In this document: positions 1-11,241 of the stretch, piece after piece | Position numbering within the stretch: position 1 is the first letter of the stretch | How the letters are laid out: each line of letters begins with the position of its first letter | Origin: Mobula hypostoma | Lineage: Eukaryota | Assembly (NCBI RefSeq): GCF_963921235.1 | Contig: NC_086109.1 | Coordinates: 10,480,001 to 10,544,000, forward strand | Direction of reading: 5' to 3' | DNA length: 64,000 bases | The notes under the pieces: model-generated | The model's input: only the letters and a program-made list of their open reading frames with translations | Told to the model about the DNA's origin: nothing | The model's database searches: none | Made by a program: the position numbers and the translations under genes

Positions 1-209
1 ATACGCATGCGCAAATCACACATGCGCACTGGTGCCCGCGCAAGGCTTCATGGTCATTGTAGTCTCGGGGTAAACAACGTATTTAACTGCTACTCTTGTC
101 CGTTGGCAACCCTACCACCCCCCGCCCCCCCCCCCCCGGGTCGGCCGGTCCGCAAGAACATTGTCAATATGAAACCGGTCCGCAGTGCAAAAAAGGTTGG
201 GGACCCCTG
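1..209. mobile_element. Right end of a hAT (Charlie-like) non-autonomous DNA transposon
   Basis: Ends in ...gcaaaaaaggttggggacccctg (reverse complement CAGGGGTCCCCAACC, a hAT/Charlie-type TIR) with subterminal ccggtccgc repeats; left end is outside the window. Confidence 0.65.
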
Positions 210-839
210 AGATAGATAATTGTTTTATCCAAATCAGCTAATTGGGATTGCAAGTGCCTTCCTGTTAATTGAGCAAAACTTCAGAACATCTTTTGGTCTT
301 TGAAGTAAACCATTCAGCACATTGAGTCTATGCCAGTTCCTGCTTGAACTTTCAGGTTAATCACGTTCTCTGCTGTTTTCTACAAAGTGCTTCAAATTAT
401 TCCCTTTTAAGTACCTTTCCAGTTCTTTGTTCAGAAATTTCAATTTGACTCTCCACCAGTGATAAACCCCATGTGTTCTGTGGCTGGTATTCTGCATAGG
501 AGAGTAAAACTATCTTTTTTATCTTCTGGGCTTCCAAGTTGTTGAATCTTCCACTAGTTGAACAGGGCAAGATCTTGTACACCTTAAGCAAACCTGTCAA
601 GTCTTTGTTTCAAGGAGCTCCCAGCTTTTTCAGCCTAATCCTATTGCTGAAATTTCTTGATGGATTACAGCTCTCAACAGTACAAAGTAATAACTTATCC
701 CCAGTATTAGCTTTTATCTCCTCTGATTTAATTGACCATCCACACCACCACCAGCCACACATTTATTACCTCTTTCTAATTGGCCCTACTACATGTTAAT
801 CAGAATCTTCCAGATCTCACCTGACAAAGGACACTTGTG

Positions 840-1990
840 CCAGAATGCTGCTTCTGAATTTCATTTCAGTGTTCAACGCTATTGTCCCACAGACCTCTGT
901 GAACAAACTCCTACTCCTCGGTCTAAATACACCACCGTGCAACTGGGTGTTGGACTTATTAATGAACAAACCTCAAAAGTCAGGATGCCCAACTTCTCCC
1001 CCTCAACATGAGTACCCCCCAGGGCTATGTGCTGAGCCATTGCAGTACACTCTGCTTGTATGTGACTGCACGGCCAAACATTTGAGTGATCACATCATCA
1101 AGTTTGCCAATGACACAACAGAGGAAGAGCTCATCAGCGATGATCATCTCTGTAGGTGGAAGAGCTCGAGGGTTGGTGTCAGGCAAATAACCTCTTCCTC
1201 AATGTCAAAAGGACAGGAGATGATTATCGACTTCAGAAGAACTCTCTCCACTTTTTATATCAGCAGCACAACAGTGGTAACTGCAAGCAGATTCAAACTC
1301 CTGGGAGTGCACATCACACACAACCTCTCATGGTACCAGAATACATCCTACACAGTCATGAAAGCTTACCAATGCCTCTACTTTTTGAGGAGGCTAAAGA
1401 GAACTGGAATTTGCATATCCGTACTCGCATCATTCTGCAGATGCATGAGCATCCGAACAAACTGCAGCAGTGCTTGGTATGAAAACCACACTGCTGCAGA
1501 CAGCAAGGCTCTATAGTGGGTATTCCAAACTACCCAGCGCACCAGCCTACCCTCCACCAAGGACATGTATATGGAAAGATGTTGGAAAATGACCAGTAGC
1601 ATTAAGAAGGATCCCACCCACCCTGTTTGTGGACAGTTTGCCCCACTCCTATCAGGGAGGTGACTACGCTGCATCCACACTAGGACCCCCAGATGTAAAA
1701 ACTGCTACTTTCCCTAAGCTGCAAGGCTGATCAACACCTCTACCCACTAACTCCTCCACTAACTTATTATTTCCCATTATTCACCTTGTGTATAGCCCAG
1801 CATCATTTTATGGAAAATCGATCAATCTATGTATATAAGCTATCTTATGTATTTATTGTTTTCTAAATATTATTGTATTCTTTATCTTTTGTGGGTTTTC
1901 TTGTGCTGCATCATATCTGGAGTAACAATTATTTAGTTCTCCTTACACTTGTGTACAGGAAATGGCATTAAACAATCTTGAATCTCAATC
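840..1990 (+). mobile_element. Decayed Rex1/Babar-type LINE, 3' part (RT C-terminus and 3'UTR)
   Basis: Frameshifted RT motifs IIKFANDTT, WCQANNLFLNV, FKLLGVHIT..LSW, LYFLRRLK; 3' tail aaacaatcttgaatct. Confidence 0.75.
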
Positions 1991-2274
1991 AAGATTCTCT
2001 CAACCCAACCTTAATCTCTTCCCCTTCTCTCACTGTACTGAAACTTAAAATTTGTTTTTTTTTTAAAGATTTTCTTTTCCCCAGTAGTAATGAAAGGTTC
2101 CAACTTCCTCAAATACTGTTTGATTGGAAGGTAGACCACACTTTGCTTCAATTTCAGGTTTCCAACAGCCTGCACTATTTAACCATTAGTGGACTTGATT
2201 TGCATTGTCATTAAATGTCTGATTCTCGGAAGATCTTCACTGGGGACCAGAATTGTCTAAGATGAGTGTTGTGT

Positions 2275-2552
2275 TGCACCGCGGTAGCATAGGGGTTAGC
2301 GTGACACTATTTGGGGAGTTCTGGAGTTTGGCGTTCTGTGAGGAGTCTCGGTATGTCCTCCCCGTGGAATGGGTAGGTTCTCCCTGGGCGCTCCAGTTAC
2401 CCCCTCAGTCCAAAGATGTACCAGGTAGGTTAATAGGTCATTGTAAATTGTCCTGTGATTAGGCGAGGGTTAATTCTGTTTGAGGCAGGGTGTGAAGAGT
2501 TGGCAGGGCCTAATCCGTGCCGTATTGCTAAAATAAGACGAATAAAATAATA
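2275..2552 (+). mobile_element. tRNA-derived V-SINE (HE1-like)
   Basis: A-box-like ggtagcatagggg, V-domain-like core ...cagtccaaagatgtaccaggtaggttaataggtcattgtaaattg, A-rich tail; similar copies elsewhere in the window. Confidence 0.65.
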
Positions 2553-2569
2553 ATTGACCACCCAGGTAG

Positions 2570-3505
2570 ACGGTGGAAACGGCGCTTAGCACGCTGATCT
2601 TAATCAGTCAGGGCATTGAGCGTGAGAGTTGAGATATTATGTTACAATTGTACAAGTCATTGGTGAGGTCGCACTTGGAGTGCCATGTACAGTTTTGGTC
2701 ACTGTTATTAGGAAGGAGTAACGGGGTGGAGATGCGTCTGCAGCACCTGCTTAGGCTCCCTCCCCCCGATCATGGTCATGTGAAACCATGGGAGCAGGTG
2801 GTGAATATCACAAGTTCTGGTTATGCGACCACTGATGCCAGGCAGAGAATCTCTGAAGAATATTGATAATGACTGGGGTCACCTGTCTCTTAAAGGCACT
2901 GCCCAGAAGAAGGCAATGGCAAACCACTTCTGCAGAAAAATTTGCCAAGAACAGTCATGGTCATTGGAAGACCCTGATCGCCCATGTCATATGACATGGC
3001 ACATGATGATGTTACTAGGAAGGATGTGGTCAAACAAGACGGAGTGCAGAAAAGATTTGAGGATGTGGCCAGAACTAGAGGGCTGAGTCATAGGAAGAGG
3101 TTGGCTAGGTTTGGTCTTTATTCTTTGCAACATGTGAGAAAGCAGGGTGGCCTTAGAAAAATTGAGAGGCATAGTTAAGGTGCATGTTACGTCTTTTCTC
3201 CAGCATAAGAGTCTAAAACGAGGGAGCATGTGTTTAGTGTATGAGGGTAAAGATTTGGAAGGGTCCTGAGAGGCGGTAACTTGCAGAGGGTGGTGAGCAT
3301 GTGGATTGAACTGCCAGAGGAAGTGGCTGAAGCAGGTACAATAGTGTTTTTTAAAAAAAACTCGGATGGGTACAGAAAGGGATGGAGCTTAGAGGGAGAT
3401 GGGCTGAATATAGGAAACTGGAACTAGCTATGTGGGCAACAAGTTTGGCATGGATTGATTACACTGAAGGGTCTGTGTCCATGCTGTTTTGCTCTTTGAC
3501 TCTAA
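2570..3505 (+). mobile_element. CR1 LINE 3' fragment interrupted by a SINE
   Basis: MLQLYKSLVRSHLECHVQFWS ... RKDVVKQDGVQKRF, then a CR1-type 3'UTR ending ctctttgactcta. Confidence 0.8.
2718..3009 (+). mobile_element. Short retroposon with (ATG)n tail nested in CR1
   Basis: Flanked by a 15-bp TSD tgttattaggaagga (2703-2717) / tgttactaggaagga (3010-3024); a related copy lies on the - strand at ~26830-27147. Confidence 0.7.
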
Positions 3506-3612
3506 TGATGTTCTTACACTAAATTATATCTGATAATGTCATTGAATGTTATTTAAGAGTTTTCTCTTTAGAAACACCAACTTCTATACTAACCGATATA
3601 CTTTGATTTCAG

Positions 3613-3684
3613 TGGACTTTGCTTTGAAAATTTTACAATGGTCTGACACGGAGACTGTTCGACTACAGCTCTGGGATATAGCAG
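3613..3684 (+). CDS. RAB29: RAB29 coding exon (72 bp): VDFALKILQWSDTETVRLQLWDIAG
   Basis: tttcag acceptor, gtaagt donor; WDIAG G3 motif of the RAB32/38/29 subfamily; phase 1-1. Confidence 0.93.
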
Positions 3685-3729
3685 GTAAGTGTCCATTTCT
3701 GTTTGTGCTGGACTTTGTGTATCAAAATC

Positions 3730-4635
3730 AATTCAATTCAAATTTAGTTGTCATTTCAATCATGCATGAATACTCATGAATGCAGCCAAATGAAACAGCA
3801 TTACTACGGCGTCAAGGTGCAAATCACAGCACAGTCACATACAGCACAAAACACACATTAGACACACAAAAATGATAATATCGCGCAATAAGGGTTTAAA
3901 AACTCACACCATTAATCCACAGTCGACTACAATACAGCCTGACTCCTCCATCCTGGATGCCTCCACCCCCCCCCACCCACACAAGACATCTCAGCCTGAG
4001 GCCCAGTCCTTGCATATACAAGATAACAAGCCCATATAGAATATCAGTAAAAAAAATACAACCACACAAAATATATGTGTATATTGTCCAAATCCCTATT
4101 CCATTGTAATCTTCAGTCGACCACAAATGAGCATGTCTTCAACCAAGTGAACACTGTGGGAGTGGCCTCGACTCCAGCCCTTGATGGAGTGCACTGGCTC
4201 AGATGCCTCTCTCCCAGAGGCTGAAAAACAGGTGACCCACTGCTGCTTGAGGCCCAGTCCTCGCCATGACCCGAGTCCCCGCAGCTCTGCATATCCACAC
4301 CTGCACTTGGCCAATAAATCAGCGAACTGAACTTGCAGCATACCAGATTAATAGTGTCCAAAGGGGATCTTGCAATTGCAAGAAAAGTGACCGTGACGGC
4401 CACTCGCTATTTGATTGTAAGCCTCCATCAACTCGGGCAGCAGCACATTACACAGCTCCTTCATTTTCTCTGCTAGCAAGCAACTCGCTGATGGTGTTGA
4501 CCTTCAGTACTTCAAGTCCTTAATGTATAGCAGGATCCTGCAATCATTCAAAATGGGTTTAAATAGGACAGCAGCACCACTTGTTGACCCCATAGAAGCC
4601 ATTGTGACTGAACGTGCTGCCATTTTACAGGAAGA
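3730..4635 (-). mobile_element. Unclassified non-autonomous retroposon
   Basis: (TTGAA)n-like tail at the 3730 end and an aaatggc-type 5' end near 4625; no coding motif recognised. Confidence 0.35.
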
Positions 4636-5569
4636 TCATCTCCTGAAGCAATGTTCGTATATCAGTAAGTCGATATATCATTATGTGCACCATACGTAAT
4701 CTAGTGAATATGTGGTGGAGCATGTGGAATATGCCGCAGTTTATTTCAGAAATAGTTTTAAGGAGATTGTCTTGCAGCTGTACTTAGTGGCACTTATGTA
4801 GATTTAAAAACAATCAAATGAAACTTAAACTTAAAAGGTATCCCTGCTTTTGTATTTTATATAACCCTATTGCATTTGAAATTTGTATTTGTGTATATCT
4901 GCAGCACTGCAAGCAATTTTTCTTATTTTGCACACGTGTCTAATGATAATGGGGGGGGGAGAATAATTATTAAATTGCTTTTAGTTGGATAGTTAACTTT
5001 TGTCACAGAACATTGTCAGGGCCAGAGTTCCTGTATCTAGCTTGTTCAGTCTCCTTTTTCATTTTACTGAGTTTAGATTAACTTTATTTCCAAAAATACA
5101 CTTAATCTCATCTTCAATAATGAAAACATATGAAACCATGGTGCTGTGTAAACAACTAATTTGTAGCTCAGTAAAGACTGGGATAAATCTAGCATGAGGG
5201 ACAAAGGCAGGAAGAGTTGCTGAAGAGGGAAGGAGATCTTTCTTGGTTAAGGGAAAGGTGGCAATGGTAGACCTGATTCTGAGAATGCAGCTTAAGTGGA
5301 AAGTAGAAAATGGCAATCGTAATAAGGTCATGAACGAATGTGGAAATGGATGAGAACCATTCAAAGATGAAAGTAGTCATTTGGAAAGCCGCTAATTTCA
5401 ATGGGATGATCCAGCCTCTGTAGATCAGAATGGATTAAAACAAATTGGATAATGGGAGGATCCTAAGGTTTCATTTGCAGTCTCAGTATTTTTCCATGAG
5501 AAGGAAGTCATGGAAATTAAAACTGCAACTTGGATAACCAAAGAGACGCACCTAGGGTTGCTCTTCCGA

Positions 5570-5818
5570 GTACATTTGCAGTTGAGAGGAGACATGATAG
5601 TTTTTTAAAACTGAAGAACATAGGGTAGACTGTCAGAATCTTTTTTTTCCCCCAAGATAGAAAAGTCAACCATCAGAGGACCTGCAAGGTTAGAGGAGAG
5701 AAATTTAAAGGTTACATGAGTGGCAATTTTTTTTTTACTGGTAGATGCCTGGAATGAATTGCCAGGAGTTTAGCGGAAACAGGCAGCTTGGCAGAGTTTG
5801 AAGCTTATATATATGTAT

Positions 5819-5917
<99 letters not shown>

Positions 5918-5919
5918 CA

Positions 5920-5973
<54 letters not shown>

Positions 5974-6095
5974 AATACTTACAGAACTGAGGGGTATGGA
6001 TGATATACAAGGAGGTTATTTAGTATGTATTAGCATGAAGATTGGCTAAGAATCATGGGCTGAATAGTCTGTCCCGTGCTGCTCTGTTTTATGTT
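5570..6095 (+). mobile_element. CR1 3' end remnant containing a microsatellite
   Basis: gagaggagacatgatag ... aggagagaaatttaaagg ... gcctggaatgaattgccagg ... gggctgaatagtctgtcccgtgctg. Confidence 0.55.
5807..5972. repeat. Compound microsatellite (TG)n-(TA)n-(CA)n
   Basis: Directly visible dinucleotide tracts. Confidence 0.97.
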
Positions 6096-6639
6096 GTAAA
6101 ATTGAGCAGAGAACTGAAGGCACGTGAAGCATAACAAGTTGTTAACATGTGAGGAGCCATCTGATTGCAGGAAGCTCAAAGGAGAAGTTAAAAGTAGGAA
6201 ATGCTAGAAAGCATGTGAAAAGACTGACAATTAGCATAAAATAGGATTTCTTAAACGTTTCGTCAACATGCAAATAGGAAATGTTGCAATAAGAAAAGTG
6301 GAGCCAATCAGAGACCAAAATGGAGTTTAATTCTTCGCTGGGAAAGATCAGCGTGATGGAGTCTCAGCAAATGACGTAGCTGATATCCTGGATAGCCTTT
6401 TAAAAAAAAAAAAGTGGCATTATCTAAAGGGCTAGATGCTTATGAAGTAAATGATCATCTGGTCCAAAAGGGATGCATCCAACATTGCAGGGGGATATAA
6501 TAGAGGGCATTACACCAACTTGGCCATAGTCTTCCAAACAGGTATAGATTCAGGTATCTGACGGTTGAAAGATTGTAAATGTTACATCTGGAAATTAACA
6601 TAAGATCATGTGCATTTTGAATCATACTATGAGATGCAT

Positions 6640-6890
6640 TGCTTGTGTTGGGGCTTTCGGGGCAAACTGCAAGTGTCGCCACTTCCAGTATCAACATAGC
6701 ATGCCTACAACTCACTAACTGTAACTAGTATGTCTTTGTAATGTGTGGGAAACCAGAGCACCCAAAGGAAACTTATGCAGTTATGAGGGGAATCTACAAA
6801 CTCCTTGCAGACAGTAGTAGGAATTCTACCATGATCTTACAGCTAGAGTGCTGCAAAGTGTGCTATCCACTACACTACCATTCTGCGCTA
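6640..6890 (-). mobile_element. Decayed V-SINE (HE1-like)
   Basis: gggaaaccagagcacccaaaggaaac...tacaaactccttgcagacag is the reverse complement of the V-SINE core. Confidence 0.55.
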
Positions 6891-7330
6891 TAAGTGATAA
6901 CCCTACCAAATGCAAATGAGTCAATTTAACCTGGGTAGCAGGAAAAGTTCTGGAGAAAATAAGGAATGAATTTGTAGATTTGCTGTGGAAAGCCTATGGA
7001 TTGGTTAAAGGTAAATCATGTCGAATTAATTTGATAGGATTTTTTCCGATAAAGTACAGAGGTTCAATGAAGGAAATCCCACTGTGATATATATGGACTT
7101 TATAAGGCACTGGTGAGGACTCACCTTGAGTATTGTGAACTGTTTTGGGCCCTTCATCTTAGGAAAGATGTGCTGGCATTGGAGGGGGTCTAGAGGAAAT
7201 TCACAAGGATGATTCCAGGAAAGAACGTTTGGCTCGGGGTCTGTACTGGCAGGAATTCAGAAGGATGAGCAGGGGGATCTCATTGAAACCTTTCGAATGT
7301 TGAAGGGCCTAGACAGAGTAGATGTGGAAA

Positions 7331-8056
7331 CACGAGGAAATCTGCAGATGCTGGAAATTCAAGCAACACACACAAAATGTTGGTGGAACGCAGCAGGCCA
7401 GGCAGCATCTATAGGAAGAAGTACAGTGGACGTTTCGGGCCGAGACCCTTCGTCAGGACTAACTGAAAGAAGAGATAGTAAGAGATTTGAAAGTGAGGGG
7501 GGAGGGGGAGATCCAAAATGATAGGAGAAGATAGGAGAGGGAGGGATGAAGCTAAGAGCTGGAAAGTTGATTGGCAAAAGGGATACAAGGCTGGAGAAGG
7601 GAGAGGATCATAGGATGAGAGGCCTAGGGAGAAAGAAAGGGGGAGGGGAGCATCAGAGGAAGATGGAGAGCAGGCAAGGAGTTATTGTGAGAAGGACAGA
7701 GAGAGAAAAAAGGAAAAATAAATAAGGGATGAGGTAAGAAGGGGAGGAGGGGCATTAACAGAAGTTAGAGAAGTCAATGTTCATGCCATCAGGTTGGAGG
7801 CTACCCAGATAGAATATAAGGTGTTGTTCCTCCAACTTGAGTGTGGCTTCATCTTGATAGTAGAGGATGCCATGGCGAGTACTGTGTCTGGTGCTCCCGG
7901 TGCAGCCTACTATATATTGGCGAGACCCAACGCAGACTGGGAGACCGTTTCGCTGAATACCTACGCTCTGTCTGCCAGAGAAAGCAGGATCTCCCAGTGG
8001 CCACACATTTTAATTCCACGTCCCATTCCCATTCTGATATGTCTATCCATGGCCTC
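7331..8056 (-). mobile_element. Penelope-like element 3' end with an inverted GIY-YIG segment
   Basis: - strand HGILYYQDEATLKLEEQHLIFYLGSLQPDGMNIDFSNF, then a pyrimidine tract and terminal repeat; + strand CVWCSRCSLLYIGETQRRLGDRFAEY...PVATHFN (GIY-YIG endonuclease). Confidence 0.85.
7425..7460 (-). ncRNA. Minimal type I hammerhead ribozyme motif in the Penelope terminal repeat
   Basis: Reverse complement agtc-CTGACGA-a-GGG-tctcgg-CCC-GAAAC-GTC-cact: both core boxes, stem II and GUC site present; first pair of stem I mismatched. Confidence 0.75.
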
Positions 8057-8399
8057 CATGCGGAGAAATTTCTTTAGCCAAAAGGTGGTGAATTTGTGGA
8101 ATTTGTTGCCACTTGCAGCTCTGGAGGCCAGGTCGTTGGGTGTATTTAAGGCAGAGATTAATAGGTTCTTGATTGGACATAGCATCAAAGGTTATGGGGA
8201 GAAGACTGGGAACTGGGGTTGAGGAGGAGAAAAAAAAGGATCAGCTATGATTGGATGACGGAGCAGACTCGATGGGCCAGATGGCCTAATTCTGCTCCTA
8301 TGTCTTATGGTCTTATGGACTTCCAAAACCAGTTGATAAAGTTAAGAATTCCTTGATCAATGGGAACACAGTGTTATTAAAAACAGTGTCAGACAAATG

Positions 8400-8695
8400 G
8401 GTACCATGGTAGTGTAGCACTTTGCGTGACATTATTATAGCTCAGAGTGTCAGAGTTCAATTATGGGGTCCTCTGTAAGCAAGTTTGTACATTCTCCCTG
8501 CGAATTGCTTGGATTTCCTCCAATGCTCTGGTTTCCTACCACAGTCCAAAGACATACCGGTTAGTAGGTTAATTAGTCATTGTAAATTGTTACCTAATAA
8601 AGTTACGGTTAAATTGGTGGGTTGCTGGGCAGCATGGCTGGATGGGCTTATTCCACACTGTATCTCTAAATAAAATAATTAAAAATAAAATAAAT
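8400..8695 (+). mobile_element. tRNA-derived V-SINE (HE1-like)
   Basis: ggtagtgtagc A-box-like, gagttcaatt B-box-like, V-core ggtttcctaccacagtccaaagac, (TAAA)n tail. Confidence 0.7.
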
Positions 8696-9455
8696 AACAA
8701 AGAAACAGACCTTTTGACCCTCCAAGTCTAGACTGACCATCTATCACCCAATACATTAATCCTGCTACCTCAATTTTGGAACAAATTTTCAAAATTATGA
8801 TTAAAGTTATTTTAGATAAAAAATGACGCCGTCAATACAGCAGTTCATGTGCTGAAAAATATTTTTGCAGTGCTCATGCTTTTTTTCTTCACTCTTATTG
8901 GGTCTATGACAGAATTCCAAATTGGAGTAGTACATGCTTTCAAATAAGCCTTTGAAAAGGTAGTTTTTTTTTCTATGTGCCTCCTGACAAACGAATGTTA
9001 AGAATTGCAGATTTGTGTGATAGTCTAAGTATGCTTAACTTGCAGAGCAGTGTGTGGGTAGTTCACACTATAATTAGTGTGCCAACGGTGGATGGAGTTT
9101 CAATTAACTATTGCTTTGGAGTGATTATTGTTAGAATTGCACTGCAGTTGGGTGATATTTTATCACATTCCAGATTTCTACATTGATGGAAAGAAATTTG
9201 CGTCTTTGGGTTTCACTCCTTACAGGATGTCCAATCTTTAACCTCTGTATGTAGCCTTGAGTTTGTGATCAGTCCATTTGTTTCCAATCTCTAGGTAACT
9301 GAGGTATTGGTTCATGATTTGGCAATTCAAAAGACAGTTAAATTACACTTTTGGCTGTGGTTAATATTTGGCATTTCCATGGCGCAAATGTCATCTTTCA
9401 CTTGTTAGCCAAACTTGTATGATGTCCAGGTCTTGCAACACGCTGACACAGAGTA

Positions 9456-10068
9456 TACTCAGTGGGAACTTTATTAGGTTCAGGAGTGGAACCTAGTGTG
9501 GTATTCTGCTGCTATAGCCGATCCACTTGAAGGTTATATGTGCTGTGCATTCAGAGATGTTCTTCTGCATAACCCTGCTGTAATGTGTGGTTATTTGAGC
9601 TATTATTGCCTTTCTTTCAGTTTGAGCCAGTCTGACCATTCCCTCTGACCTTTCACTAACAAGGCATTTTCCCCCCCAGAACTACAGCTCACTGGATTTC
9701 TTTCTTGTTGTTGTTTTGCACTATTCTCTGCAAGGTAGAGCAGGGGTTCCCATCCCTTTTTTATGCCATGGACCAATACAATGAGCAAGGAGTCTGTGGA
9801 CCCCAGGTTGGGAACTCCTGCTCTAGAGACTGTTGTGTGTGGAAATTCCAGGAGATCAGTTTCTGAGATACTCCAACCACTCCATCTGGCACCAACAATC
9901 ATTCCATGGTTAAAGTCACTTGTATTGCATTTCTTTCCCATTCTGATGTTTGAATAACTGAATCTCTTGACCAAGTCTGCATGCTTTTGTGCATTGAGTT
10001 GCTGTTACATGATTGGCTGATTAGATGTGTTAATGAGCAGGTATACCTAATAAAGTGACCACTGAGTG
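9456..10068 (-). mobile_element. Internally deleted Tc1 DNA transposon
   Basis: TIRs tactcagtgggaactttattagg / cctaataaagtgaccactgagtg flanked by TA; - strand N-terminal transposase remnant MGKKCNTSDFNHGMIVGARWSGWSISE...TTVSR. Confidence 0.8.
9741..9820. mobile_element. 80-bp hAT MITE nested in the Tc1 element
   Basis: TIRs caggggttcccatcc / ggttgggaactcctg; degenerate 8-bp TSD ending tagag; second copy at 36079-36158. Confidence 0.75.
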
Positions 10069-10632
10069 TATTTCATTAACTGAGAAATGTCAAATGGAAC
10101 CGAACAGTCAGTAGTCAACACGCCACTTTTAATCTTGATTGAAGAAAGTTCATTGCATTCTGGAACTAGCAGAGCTATCAAAACCTAATTAAAATTTTCT
10201 GCTCTGTTGTTTGGATAACATAATTGGGAAGAATTGAGTGGTTGCATTTTACTGTGAATGTCATGGCAAAGAATAATACTCTTATCCTGATTGGAAATAT
10301 CTCCTTGTGAAGCTGGGCAAGAATAGTTAATATTTGACAATTGATTATTTTTCTGCTTTGGTATCTATTGCAATCAGTAACAATGGATCAGCTGGAGAAT
10401 TTATCCAATGTTACTATAAAATTATGCCTCGGTGAATTGTGGGAGTGCATTAGATACAGGTTTCTAAATTCACGTGTTAGATATTCACTGCAAAAGAAAT
10501 TTGTACTTTCCCATATTGCTGACCTTTCTCCCCCTCATTTTGGCAAGAGAAAAATGTTTGCATCCTTTTGTAGGAGATAGAGATGATTGTAAATGAGCAA
10601 GCTGCAAAGAAATAATTAACGTCTGTTCTTAG

Positions 10633-10814
10633 GCCAAGAGCGATTTACGTCCATGACCAGGTTATACTACAGAGATGCAGGAGCGTGCATCATCATGTTT
10701 GATGTGACAGACGTAATGACTTTCCACAGTTGTCTCAAGTGGAAGCGTGATTTAGACAGCAAAGTTACTCTGGTGGATGGAACTCCTGTGCCATGTATTC
10801 TCCTGGCAAACAAG
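10633..10814 (+). CDS. RAB29: RAB29 coding exon (182 bp): GQERFTSMTRLYYRDAGACIIMFDVT...PVPCILLANK
   Basis: cttag acceptor, gtgaac donor; switch II FTSMTRLYYRDA is RAB29-type; frame continuous with flanking exons. Confidence 0.95.
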
Positions 10815-10969
10815 GTGAACTTACCTAGATTTGATCTAGCTTTTGTGTTTAGATGATGTAATTTGACCATTCTCATAAGCAATACTTTTGAAGCCAAGGG
10901 TGCCCTGCTAACCTTAGTATGGGGTGGTGGTAGAGGCAGATACTTTTGACTCTTAGGCAAAATAGAGAG

Positions 10970-11241
10970 CTAAATTTTTATTATTTGTTAAGTTGCAACA
11001 CAGAATAGGCCCTTCAAGCTGCATCATCCAGCAATCCCCCAATTTAATCATGGGACAATTTTCAATGACCAATTAACCTACCAAATGGTACGTATTTGGA
11101 CAGTGGGAGGAAACCGGAGCGCCCGGAGGAAACACACGCGGTCATGGGGAGAACGTACAAGCTCCTTACAGGCAGTGGCGGGAATTGAACCTGGGTCGCT
11201 GGTACTGTAAGGCGTTTTCTAACCAGTACACTACCGTGCCA
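10970..11241 (-). mobile_element. Relatively young V-SINE (HE1-like)
   Basis: Reverse complement ggcacggtagtgtactggttag ... ggttcaattcc (A/B boxes), V-core ctccgggcgctccggtttcctcccactgtccaaa. Confidence 0.8.

Larger units (their letters stand above)
7099..8318 (+). mobile_element. CR1 LINE 3' end, interrupted by a Penelope element
   Basis: YKALVRTHLEYCELFW, MLKGLDRVDVE | MRRNFFSQKVVNLWN; tail tgtcttatggtcttatgg; same family as 30568-32345. Confidence 0.85.

Noticed and set aside
5735..6010. CV/YI/HT-repeat ORFs
   Set aside because: Translations of the dinucleotide microsatellite
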